64,000 bases of DNA from Antedon mediterranea (Eukaryota; Animalia; Echinodermata): assembly GCF_964355755.1 (NCBI RefSeq), contig NC_092671.1, forward strand, positions 8,060,001 to 8,124,000, in the 5' to 3' direction. This document shows, piece after piece, positions 30,201 to 43,200 of the stretch. The notes under the pieces are model-generated. The model had not been told where the DNA came from. It did no database searches and worked only from the letters and a program-made list of their open reading frames with translations. The position numbers and the translations under genes are program-made. Each line of letters starts with the position of its first letter. Within the stretch, counting starts at the first letter, position 1.

Positions 30201-31356
30201 TATGGTGAAACTCTTAACACTTTCGCTACCTCTATTCTTTGAAGATGTCAATCAATTTTGAAAATGTCAATCAGTAATTGATTTGATGTTATTTAACAAC
30301 CTGCTGAGATATTCATTTAGCACTGTCAAACGCACGTTGGTGGTTTTTGCTTAATTTTTCGAATGAAAATGACATTAAGAGTTTAAACACTAGTTTGATG
30401 CTGCCCCTAAGTAAGTTTTTTTAATTGATATGTACGGTATCTTACCAGAAAAGACATAGTTTGATAGTGTTATCGTAGGTGGTCATTGCTATATAAATAT
30501 TGACAATTGAAAAAACACAATCATTACCGACACATTCAGTTGAGGCCTAAATGCGTTTTGCCAATCGGTAACGTAGTTTTCAGTTGCACACATCACAAAG
30601 TTAGAATAGATATAATACAGTATAACATCAATAAGAAACAGGCTCAAATATTGTTATGCTTCTATTTGAAGTTACTTTTAATTAAAATTAAAATGTGTGT
30701 CTGTGTGTTGATACAAATCTAGTAATGGTTCTAAAATATCGAAACATATTTGTATTAAGCCTACTGTTGTTAGGCCTACAGTACACCTTTTTTACAGCTG
30801 GATTTCGAACAACAAAGTGCAGTATTAAATATACTGTTTGTAACAACATTATATCGATACACAGAGCAATAAATTAAAACAAAATGTATGTCAGAGATCA
30901 AACGATCCTAATCAATTTCTAAGGTTTAACACACGTGTTTTATACTATGCTTTTCTATCTACAGTACTCTTATGTCGATACGGATTTTAATTGAGTTTTT
31001 ACTTTAGACTCGGACTCATTTATCTTCTTTTAGATTTTTTTCTCTCCATCGAAAATAATCTGTTTATTGTGATTGTGGCAATATATCATAGCCTGTCTTG
31101 TTGAATATGATTGATGTGTTGCAGGACAAAGCAATGACTAACAAACTCTCTTTCCATTACTATATTGATTAGAAAGATACAATTTTTACTAGAACCAAAC
31201 TCTCGCCAAATAATAGCATCTTAACTCCCGCCAAATAATAGACATTTTTGCAATAACGGACCCGGTAACTGGCCAGTGGAGACACCGGAATGACAGATAG
31301 ATGTGATACGCGAACAGCATGTCAATTTACACTGAGATCGTTAAGTTGAATAGCTG

Positions 31357-31679
31357 AACAACTAAATATTTCCCCAGAAGGAAAAAAAACAACAATAATT
31401 GTCACTTGACGATTTCTCTTTCATTGAAACACGGGAAAAGGAATACCCCATCATTGAACTAGGAATGATCTTAAGGTCTTGAGCACTTTGTGGATATGTG
31501 TGCTTTATAAATCTTACTATTATCTTAACTTACCTAAGTTGTAAACAGTTTTCACACATTATTATGAATAATAGAACAAACTATTTTCCCAAAAGGAAAA
31601 AAGAATAATTTTCCCTTTACGTTCTCTCATGTCGTTGTAAACTTTATGATAGGGAAAGAGGGGTACATCAATGAACTAA
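31357..31679 (+). repeat. Diverged direct repeat of about 105 bp (31357-31462 and 31575-31679) flanking the SINE-tail fragment
   Basis: Both copies read ACAA..TATTT(T)CCC..AAGGAAAAAA..AATAATT..GGGAAA..CATCA(T/A)TGAACTA. Confidence 0.75.
31472..31523 (+). mobile_element. SINE/LINE2-type 3' tail fragment, copy 1
   Basis: CTTGAGCACTTTGTGGATATGTGTGCTTTATAAAT plus a TAT-rich tail; close match to the reverse complement of 56256-56297. Confidence 0.65.
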
Positions 31680-34600
31680 TTCAAAATGTATTCCTGATAA
31701 ACAGGAGCACTGACAGAGAAGAGTGGTATATAGTACCGGTATTAACATAATTCTGAGTAAGCATATAATTTTAACAACTATGGCTTTTTGGATACTTTAC
31801 TGAGCAGTAATATTGACTTATATTTCAAAGTGGCTAGGCCTATTTGATTGATTTTACTAAAATGTGACAATGTGGACATTACGACAATTTGTGATACAGA
31901 AACATTGACCATTGGTGTTGGCGCGCATAGTTGCCCTAAAGCAATCGCGGACAATACAATGAAGATAAATCTTTAAAAGAGTCGTTGGAAATTTAAATCA
32001 ATGTTCGTTTGAATTTAAACTATTCATAATCAAACACAATAGTTTAATATAAGGTCCTATTGACAATTGAAACAAACGGAATGTCCAGAAGCATCAAATA
32101 ACTAGGTAAATTAAATTAGGTGATTCATTTCATACTATTAACAGAAGTGTGCCGAGAAAAATGTATTTTACCAAGACAAATACAATCGTTTACGAACGGA
32201 GCAGTACCGAGCAATAGGACCAGATGTGTGTAATTTAAGTCTTTGTATAGACTAGATAGAATGATTCGAAAATGATACCGTGAAAATTGAAAGGCTTACT
32301 TTTTCAAAAGTTTTAAACTTGATTTGAAAAACTCGCTTTTCAAGAGTTTACAAGTAATTCCTCAATTAACAGGGTCCGGGCTCATAAACCTCACAACGAG
32401 AGTTGGGCTGCATTTTAAAACTAATTTAAAGAAACTTGTTTTAAATTAAACTGTAGACCTAAGTAAATATAAATATTAAAATGTAAAATTACAGGATCGT
32501 TTGTGTTACAACGTTTCGGCAGAAGTGTTGACAACTAGACAAAAGTATCGTATTCCAATGTAAACGCACACTTAAGTGGTACGGTAATTTGAATTTAAGA
32601 TGTGAATATGGAAAGGGAATCCCCTCTGGTTTCGTCATTTGTTTGCGATTTTGAGTTATTGTTAAATCGGTGCAATTAACGCAATAAATATCACACTTAA
32701 ACGATGACAAGCAATAAAAATGCAATCATTACAATTATAAGCCAGTTTCAAATGCAAACGTTGTGTTTAAGGCCATAAGTCAGAATCGTAAAATGAACAC
32801 AAGTATTAGTAAATATAGCAAGTATTTGGTTCAAGAATTGATCGTAAAATGGCGGTAAAGAGCGAATTAAACTACCAAGTTTTCAAATCGGTAGGTTGAA
32901 AAAGTTTTGATCTTTACGTGTATGAATTAAGAGGGGATGACACGATGGGTAAGGATGAGAGCTCGATAACTGTCATGCGGAAAGAATTATAACCCTCAGA
33001 TAATCAAAGCTAAGCTGTCAACAAATGACCTTTTAGACAAACTAATGTGTGGCGATCGGAAAACGGCGTCGCATCCGTGAGGTCGGCCGCTGGTTTCAGG
33101 CAAAATTACAGTAACTGTTATTCATTAACATTCTTCATAAAACTGTCAATTGTAAACTGTTCCGTAAATTCTCACCCAATTTGGTTGCTGGGGCCTACAA
33201 ATCAAACCAAGCGAATTCCAAGGCTATCCACACAATCATTACAAGGGGGTCTTGGTGATAAAGCTGCCAACAGCAATGATCCACGATCTAACCTGTCTTC
33301 CAATAGGACGCTGTTCAGATCGATGTATTCCAATGATTGTCATCACAAATACACATCAACATGGTACCGAACGCTAAAGAAACATGCTCTACATTGTTTA
33401 CGATGGTGGCATATGCGGAAACCTACTTGACGTTTTGCCTAGTTTTGCACTTTAGGGAATTCTGATTCGAATTTAATGACACTACAATGTATTGTTAAGT
33501 AAACAAAATCATCTTAAATCCAAAAAGTATACCGGTGCGGTTACACTATCTTCCTGAATAACATAATTTGTTTTTTCTATGTACCTGTACCTACAGAAAA
33601 GATTTTAGCCAAGGACAAGTGAGTACTCTTCCTTAATCAAACTCATAGTATAAAACAATACAAAAGTTAACTAATAATTAATACTATAAGTAAGAACTAA
33701 ATGCAATGGAAAAAACTCCCCAAATCCTATTTGAGTCTAGAGATTATAAATAACATAACATGTATTGAATCGTCGGTACGTCCACTACAAAATCAAAGAC
33801 TAGTTTTATGCTAAACTAAAAATCAAATTATTTTTTTAATAATAGGTGGCTATTAATTATTATTATAACATTAAGAAGTGTATATAAACCATAGAAAAGA
33901 TGATGACATACTTTTTTTTTTAAATTATGTGACAGGTTTTCATTAATTGGACATAAATTTATCAATAGCAAATAATAGCCAATGTGAAACAACACAGGAA
34001 ATTAACAAGAGTATAATTTACATCACAAATCACTATAGCAATGTATACAAAGTCTTGTCGGTAGATGAGGGCGTGACTGACAGACCACGACAGTTTCTTC
34101 TCTGTCTAACGATCTGGTAACCCAGTGGTTTTGTCTGCATGTCGTTATTTCTCTAAATCATTGTGATTTACAATCATATTTGTTTTTAGGGACTAAACTC
34201 AAGCTAATTAATGTCCGGTTGGTGGTGCTATTTTATCTCTGTATTTGTCATCTTCTTTCAAACTCAAACTCATCTGAAATGCTAAAAGTGAATATTAGTC
34301 AAGGAAAATTCACGTTTGCCCTTTACAGTAGAACAAGAATGTAAATACAAAAACGTTTAGCAACTACACGACCGCGTTTGCTTCAATTTATAACATATTT
34401 TAAGTAAAAATAACATTCTTATTTAATTTTAGTTATATATTTCATACGATGGGATGTCACATAAAAATTTAAAGTGTAAATTTAAAATGAAGTATCGAAG
34501 CGCAACGTCTCACAATAAAACTTGTAAGTTCAAGACCCGTTTTTAATTCGTAGACTATAGAAATGTTGTAGTCTCCAATCTAGGAATTAATTACATAGTA

Positions 34601-37600
34601 ATAAAGAAACAAAGCATTAATTTTCTTCGTAATGTGCTGTACATTGCTATGCGTCATTTAAGAACACATTTTGAAGTAGTGCAACTATTGGGATCAAACG
34701 TGTACAACGTGTTGAAAATAAGTAACATAGAGGGCGTTCTTCTTAACTTCTTAAACAATCGCTCCAACAACAACTTTAATAAAAAAAATTAAATGTTTTC
34801 TGTGTTTACACAAAATAACTAAGTACCTGTATATAAAAACTACTTTATTAAAAACATTTTAATGAATGACCTCCCAATTAAATTCGTCATGCGCGGGTTC
34901 AATAAAACTGGGCTTTGTTGGTAAAACAATTTTTAGTCTAGATGATCTTCTGGCGCCAATCTCTCGACTGTACAAGTTGCAGAAGACAAGTCGTATAGAA
35001 GCTTCACTGTGAACGATAAGTGAAATCAATAAAAGAAAAGTAATTGAATTTGACTTGGTCAAATGAGACGGATTTCCATTTCTCTCTTGCTAAAGTGCAT
35101 GCTTGAAATTGTACAATGTTAATCAATGCTAATTACTGGCTGGATTGACCACCCGTTCATAAACGGTCAACGAGAACAATTTACCAATTACCACAACTAA
35201 TCGTTTAAGTTTATGAAAAAAAAAGCAATTTGTTTGTAGGCTACTTATTGTTGAAACTCAGACATCTTCTACACCATCACTGCAGTCTAATATCACTACA
35301 ATCAACTTATACCAACATCAACTCAGCACTAATACCCTTCACATCGAAGAAAACCACAACAATCGTCACTATAGTAATCAAATAATAATGTTATTTAAAA
35401 ACTATAGATACACACAGAAAATGTATATTTTAGATAAATAATTGAATTAATAAGAACGATATATGCATGTAGATGATTTTAATATTTAAACGTAGTAATA
35501 AAAGCCAAAACTGCGATAATAGGAATGTCATTTATAAATCATCTCTGCTCAACAGATCGAATTTTGAATGGAATCGAACATAAATCTTCATTTACTATAC
35601 TTTTCTTTAAATTATTAATTCGAAATAGATGTCACAAATGGCGATTTAACTTTAAATAGTTTCACCTAAACACTACATCAGTGATACTATACAAAACGAC
35701 AACGTTAGCGCAATTGACGTGCATTTTGATACACATCTAAAGAGGACAACTTCGTACCCTCAAAACAGAGTGTTCTGCCGCTTAGTGTGTTTGTTTAGCT
35801 CTTTCCGCTAAAGGGTTTGATCATTCTTAATACTTGTGCTCCTAAATAGAATTTCTCGAAATGTTCTCCTGTAGAAAACTCCATATTACAACGTACACGT
35901 ACGCGTACTCGTACAAACGATTTGATCACGCGCGTCAACTGTTTATTAGGAAGTCTAAATACTTCCTATACTAATCATTTTAGTTGAGTATCGCCCTCTA
36001 TAACGTTGAAAGTAACAGCAGCACACAATGGTGGCAGCACAACTAAATTTTGTTTGGGAGCAGAAATAAACCATAGAGGGCAATATATACAATTAAAAAC
36101 AGACAAACGAATTCAACTGGTTCGATGACTATTATTTTTCGTTAACTGCCAATCGTTCTCGTTGGCAACAGAGACCAGCGTACGTTATAAAGATAAGCAA
36201 TAGCGCCCGCGTGCTTCGAGGAACGACCGATTGAGTTAAGTCAATGTAGAAATGAAGTGCGCACTCATAGTAAATCAGAGAGATAACTTTCAAAAGTTGC
36301 TGTAATTACAAAACACAGGACTGTTAGCTAAATATAGTACGAAAGTGAAACGCAATACTGTAGTACCGGCAACTAGACTATTTAAAAAAAAATTCCTTTT
36401 TTGTTGTTTTGTAGTGCGATGGATTTTTTTTAGATGAAAAGTGTACGCTTGGCTAAAACTTCAATTGTTGCTCGATGTATTTAATTCTGGAGGTCAAACT
36501 TACTATTTCTTCTATGTGCAAGTTCGCGTTTCACTTGTATTGTATTTGAATTTGTTTAAATAAAAATACATTTTGCATTAAGAAAGAATAATTATTATAA
36601 TAATGCAATTAATTTAGCTCACATCCATCTAATGTATTACTTATGGTTTCGATTATCGTTCTGTTGGTATATTGTGAATCGCTATTACAATCACAAAAGT
36701 TAATAATCGATCTGCAAAATAGTATTGTGTTTTTTTTTTATTTCTAATTTGCAAAATTGTTTCGGACTATTTTAAACGTCTAAAAATTGATAATTGCTAT
36801 TTTAAAACGCCTTTTTAACTTGCTAACAACTTCATTTTTTGTTGTAATTCGACTGTTAATAAAGAATGATAATCGTTTTAGGATCCTAAATTACTTTAAC
36901 GATCTACCCCCTTCTTTTAATCGAATCCACAACAATGTTGATCTAAAAAAGCGGTACCTTTTACACAGACAATTAGTATAATTATCAAAGGGCAACCAGT
37001 ATGTAACTACGACAAGAATTCCTGAGGAAACATCAGTAATTATAATCACCAAAAACTATTATTGAATAAAAGTGTTTATTGTTCTCCGAGTGGTGTATAT
37101 TGCAACTGTATTTTCGTGTTTTTTACGACCAATCCCATGCTAAATATTGATATGTGATTTCTATGAACTTATACTCATATTATGCTGATGTATAATATAG
37201 TTGTGTCTGGGATGACCGCCATCTCTACTATTCCCTTTACCATTTACCACCACAAGTTAGTTGTGACATAATGAACCCTGAACCATGACAACAAATAGTG
37301 ATAAAATATTCCCCTTATTTTTATAGCATGTCATAATTTGGCATTATTCTATTCAATAACGGGAAAAATAAATATAAAGTGCCGGTCATAAATAAACACG
37401 TGATACAATTTAACCTCGTTAAATGTCTGTTTCTAGAGTTCATTGACAACATGACCTAACTTTGGACAAATCTGGGGGACTAATGTTTTGTCGGTAAACA
37501 GTTTCAGAGATACGATAGAGAAAACGCTGAAGTTTACTGTTTAAATTAGATAACATAGGCATCAACTCAAACATTTCCGAGATACCGATACCGATTAATG

Positions 37601-38536
37601 TGTTTACTATAACGAAATAATTATGCGGCAGATACTAATGTATATAGAAATAATTTTAGACTTTATATTATTATCTGATATCACATTAGTAATTTAGATA
37701 TTTGATGTTATAACGATGACAACTCTCTTAAAATTACTATCGCAAAGTTACGCAGCTGTTATTTAATTCGAAAATATTATATTTCAGAAATATAATATAT
37801 GATAAATTCCTATGTCATTTATTATCTATACACCGGTAGTTCTGGACCAATTGCGTCACTCGGTTGTGTAATTCACCAGAAGAGAGTGACAGCTTTGCAT
37901 GGGCGTAAGAAAAAGATATGAAGCAATTTTCGGTCATCTTGTATTGTGTTACTTTATTGTATCATAACTATGCATGTATTTCGTAAACTATATTGTTTTA
38001 AGTAGTGAATTTGAATTGTTTGCAAATTTAAGATAAAACAGAACAATTGTCTCAAATAATATGTTACACTACACAGCCATAAATTATTATTCTCGGTCAT
38101 TACGTCACATTCCCCTCTTCTTCAAATTGTTCAATTTGTTGCTAATGTTGGAACATGATAAATTAAATTTGATTTGATTTTATTAGTTTACCGTGCGTAA
38201 TCAACATAAACTTTTCACACACAAAATATTTACATAGAAATATCATAAATGTTTCTTTTAATTCACCGACGTTTTTTATTTAATCGATATAGTTTGTTTG
38301 AAATCAATTTTTATCTGACACTTATCTTATAAATTGCATGTAGCAAAAAAACAAGGTGAATTCAAGTTAAATTGAACTAAAAATAGACCAACAATTTCCC
38401 AGGATATAATCTAATCAATCGTTTTCTTTATTTTAGTTGATAATTTTGGTTCCACACCTGTTTGAAAAATGGATTGCACAATAATCAATAATCAATAATC
38501 AATTCGGTTTGTGTGGGGATTTTAACAGTATTCTTA

Positions 38537-38569
38537 AGCATGGTTCAACAATAATTGTTGAACCATGCT
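38537..38569. repeat. Perfect 16-bp inverted repeat with 1-nt centre
   Basis: AGCATGGTTCAACAAT-A-ATTGTTGAACCATGCT. Confidence 0.9.
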
Positions 38570-39797
38570 ATATAATCAACTACAACGTTAAAAACTCTGT
38601 ATTTGGAATCTTTTATACAATAAAGCCTACATAGATTATTTTCATTTTCTGTTACAAGTTGTTAATATTTAACCAATATTTGACGAATACGGCCTTACAA
38701 TCGTTGTGTTTGTTTTAAGAACGACGTCTAAATCGCCGAAAATTAACAAAAGTCAACAAACATGATTTTCGAAATATTAAATAAACACTAAATTATCAAA
38801 ACGAAACACATAATTATCAAATCATAATGATAATTATATTAGGCCTGTAGTATGTAACAGTAATTTTATTATACGGAACCTATCGTTTACATAGCGTTAA
38901 TATCGTTTACAATATCCGGAAATAATATCAAATGTCAAAAAGTTATTATTTCTGTTTTTGAAATACCACTTTCTCTTTGTGATCGATTAGTCTACTTTAA
39001 CGGCCACACATCAGTATGTTTAGACGAAGTATATCTACCTAGACCATGATTTACAATGAGTATGCAATACGGACAATGTAGCCAGTCGCTTAATGCAAAC
39101 AACGCTAGGCTATGTCAACTGAAAAGCTAAGGTCAGTTTCAAGTACACATTCTGTGGGTCAGAGGACATTCAGCCCGTTAAACACTATCATCTTCAAACA
39201 TCTATTTTCGTGTGTGAATCTACTTAGCCTAGAAGGCAATATATTCTATTTGTTACTGGATGTCCGACAACAGTGTGGTTATTTTGCATGGTTCCGGTTT
39301 CATATTTTCTACAAATTAGGCACTCTAATTATTTACTTGATTAAATATGTTAGTATCTGTGCAGTAGACTTGCCCCAGTTTCGAGTACAAGGGTCGCCGG
39401 GACGAAGTTTAATATTTAACAAGGATTGTCAATGTTTTCTTATCTTTACAACTGATGTTTGCGATAAGGTATGGCTTTTTATGTCTGATCGAACGAGTTG
39501 ATTTGACCATTTCTGCCAGGGCACAGAGACGACACACGCGACAAAGGATGTCTGTAGGGGAAATTGATTGTTCCATCATCAGGATGTCGGCAGAAATAAT
39601 TAGCTGTAGCTATCATGCCGGTTAGGATGTTGTAATAAGGTATGCATTTCATATTAGGTCATCATGTTCATGTGAGAACACAATATGGTATTTGTAATTT
39701 GTATTTTACTAAGGATTATGCATTTAAATAGTTGCAAGGATCGTCCATTTTAAAGTTAAACTAAAATCGACTTGTTCACACCTTTCCGTGACTCTGA

Positions 39798-39892
39798 CAC
39801 GTGTACGGTTTCCTTATTACGACCTTCTTTCAGGTCACGACTTGTGATAGACCTAACAAACAAAGGAGCCAATCAGGAAAACAATTTATAAT
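39798..39892 (+). promoter_or_regulatory. Candidate promoter upstream of miR-10
   Basis: CACGTG 39798-39803, full NF-Y consensus AGCCAATCAG 39867-39876 and an AT-rich TTTATAAT just after, about 330 nt upstream of mature miR-10. Confidence 0.4.
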
Positions 39893-40196
39893 ACAAATAT
39901 ATTTTATATTAATTTACCAAATTACTAAATTCAAATAGTAAGCCAATTTTGTTGTCCATTTTATATAAAACATAGCCAACTGTAATGTGTTTTGTAGCAA
40001 ACCGATATACAAACATATATAGCCTATTCCATTAATAATAATAATGCTGATTTTAAAGATGGATACCTAGCACTTGCTTTCAAGAATTAGAATAACATGT
40101 TATCCGAAATGTTATGGAAATGCCTGTGGGTCAGCACCGGTGGGGTCAGGAGGACGAGCATCGTCAGAATACATGGTTAAAACGTGACAAATTCCT

Positions 40197-40272
40197 AGGT
40201 AAGATCTACCCTGTAGATCCGAATTTTGTGTAAAATGATATCACAGATTCGGGTCTCGAGGTACCTCTTGAC
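40197..40272 (+). ncRNA. mir-10: miR-10 precursor hairpin (mature 5p about 40207-40229; star arm about 40242-40265)
   Basis: TACCCTGTAGATCCGAATTTTGTG matches miR-10 and pairs with CACAGATTCGGGTCTCGAGGTA. Basal AAGA/TCTT pairing and CNNC motifs at 40280-40286. Canonical position between Hox5 and Hox4, on the same strand. Confidence 0.96.
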
Positions 40273-43200
40273 TAGTGGCCAACATCATTGATCATCCGTA
40301 TAATATTTGTGGCTGATCAAGATATTTCTGTCTATCGTTATCATCGACAAAAACAGGTTTGCGTACGAAGTTATAGTTGGTAATGGAATGTGATCTCAGT
40401 ATAAGTAATTGTACATGTCATTACTCAGGTATGCTTCTTTCACTCATTGATTCAATTTATAAGTTAGGCCTAGACAAAACCTCACAAATGAGAGGGGTTG
40501 TGGTGTTACTGTTAGACCATGGCAACACTCGAATGGAAAGTTATATATCGATATCAAACTTACGTAAAAATGCAGACGAAAAAAAGCATGAGGTGGGATT
40601 GTAGCCTATTATTTTAAATCCATTTTAATGTCTACCGATCAAGACAAAGGCATAGGTCTACAATATCATTAAAAATCCATTTTCAATATTTAAATAAAGC
40701 ATAAAGCGTTACTATTACTTAACACTTAATTGATTAAACAATACTTTATTTGGAAGCGATGAATTAATAAGTAACTCATTATAAAATGTTGTTTCATTTT
40801 GTGCCAATCTGCCAAATTTATGTTATTTACCATATTCCAATGGGTGCGCATAAGTTTTGAACTCATCTTACCAATAGCTACAGTTTGGCATACATCCTGA
40901 CTCTCAATCCGACTTATTCTGATATATTATAATAATATGCAAGATTGTCGAAGTAGACCTTTAAGAACACGTATTAACAACGAATAATCCTGCATCAATT
41001 AATCATTATTGACTTCAAATAGGTGAGTTACGAAATATGATCAATCGTCATTAATCAAATATTTTTTTTCTTCTAAGGTTAGTTGACACATTCTGCTGAA
41101 ATCACGTCTCTGTAAGTGTCAACAAATTTGCATATCAGTGGATGATGTTTTGTACCATGTATTAACTGTGGCCTACAAAATGTGCCTATACTGCAAAACG
41201 AAGCTAACTTGATTGTTTCAAAATGTCCGACAACCGAAACAATTGTACATTACATGCACATTAATTCCACGTCTTGTAAAAATGTATACATTATTTTTTT
41301 ACAGTACTTACCGGTACCATATTGCTTATGAATCTGAGGTCCAAAAATATTTCTTTTAAAATGTGTCTAATAATAAAGATAAATACATACACATTATTAG
41401 GTTTAATGATGAATTGTGTGGGCTATGATTTATAGATATAAGTGGACTCGGGTTTTCCCCCGAATTTGGTCAATTATTTTTTCTAATATTTCATTTGCCG
41501 GTCTTTATCCCAAACCACAATTTAATCATAATCATAATTATAACCCAGAGTGTGTAATAATAATATGATTAAGGTTTCACCAAAGGCCACAAACTAAGCA
41601 CAAATTGCTAATCAACAGCCAATAATCGATTTACATTATTTGAACTTCCCGTTAAGCATTTTGACCTATTCCCTTTTGACCCATAATTATTTAAAAGGAA
41701 ATGATGTATCCTTATACAACTTAACATTAAGGAAAATCGAGAACAAAATAAATAAATTAAGGTTCATTATTCGTTTTAAAATAAAAATTTGATACAGGAC
41801 AAATGTAACAACGACGAAATAATTTTGTGTAAAATAAATATTATTTATACAATTAAAAAAAACTTTTCAGCACAGGAAAAAACTATAGTTTCCAACAACC
41901 AATAAAGCAATAAAGGCTCTTTGTGGCGTGCCATATTTTTTTAGTTTCAATCTTGACCTACCATGTGATAAACATTGGTTCACATGAACGAACAAGAAGG
42001 TTAACCGACCTCATAAATAATCGTATACACTAGAACTATAGCTTGTTCAATCGCTTGTATTTTGACAACTTGTACTCGTAAGATTAACGACATGCAAATT
42101 TAGTCTATAAGGAAAAAAAGAACTGATTTCAAGTCAGAGGGGTACGTTTCCTCATTATGTATTCTCGCTTTGTAAAATCAACCTGATCACATTTCAACTA
42201 GTGACGTTAAAGTTATTGCAAAAAAAGAAGTGAACATATTCCAGGCCACACGTGTGATACATTCTTAATTTCCATATTGTAAATTTCTTCTGTTTTCTTT
42301 CAGAGCAAAAGAAGTAGGCGAATACACTTTCATAAGATTACACTGGGCAAAATATTTGATCTTTTACAATTTAAAATAGGATGAGTAAGAACAAATTTTA
42401 AATATTATTGCACACACAGCACATAAGCTTTATTGGATATCTTAATTTAATTGCAAACATTAAAAGCAAGTGTACTGTAATACTACACAATGTATTTTAG
42501 CCTGTTTTTAGCCATCAAGGAAGAGTGATTCCCTTATCATAGTTACGGTACCAACATCTGCAAATTAAACATTATAACATTGAAATAAGAAGATGATCCC
42601 ATTTACACCGAAACTATAAAACAGGTGCCTGGACAACAGCAACAACATGATATGATTGGATATGTATTGTAAATATGATACGGATGTTATTAGTATTGCC
42701 AATCATATATATTTTTTTCAAATGATTAGAATGATTAGCTTTTATATTAGCTTAGAAATGTGCTCTGAGTTTAGTACATATTAATATCTTAAAATAATAT
42801 GCACACTCCATGTACATGTAATATGGTGTATGGATTATTGAATTATCGCTGTTCGATATACTACAATTTAAATGCAAAAACGCAATATTCATTGTGTAAT
42901 GCCGTTTTTAAAAAGAATTTTTTAAACAATATTTCTAATATTAATTTTAACCAAAGTTACAAAATGAGTTGTCTACTTATAAATATTTTACATTGTACTT
43001 TAATGCAAGATGAGTAATCGGTGTTCTATGACCTGGCAATCCAAACAAACTCCATCCACTAATTCAATACCACAATCAAACGTGCTTGTTGCAAAGAACG
43101 AAAGCGATATTATGTGGTCCAGAGTTCAGTCTGGTGGTATTGAGTAAAGACTGTGCCTTTATTGATTGGCAGATTATTGATTTTCTGACTTGAATAATTT

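Noticed and set aside
33047-33430. 127-aa ORF
   Set aside because: GTG start, no recognisable domain; explained by locally higher GC.
39112-39501. 129-aa ORF upstream of miR-10 (possible micropeptide)
   Set aside because: No homology or coding signature that I can recognise; length is compatible with chance. Ribosome profiling would be needed.
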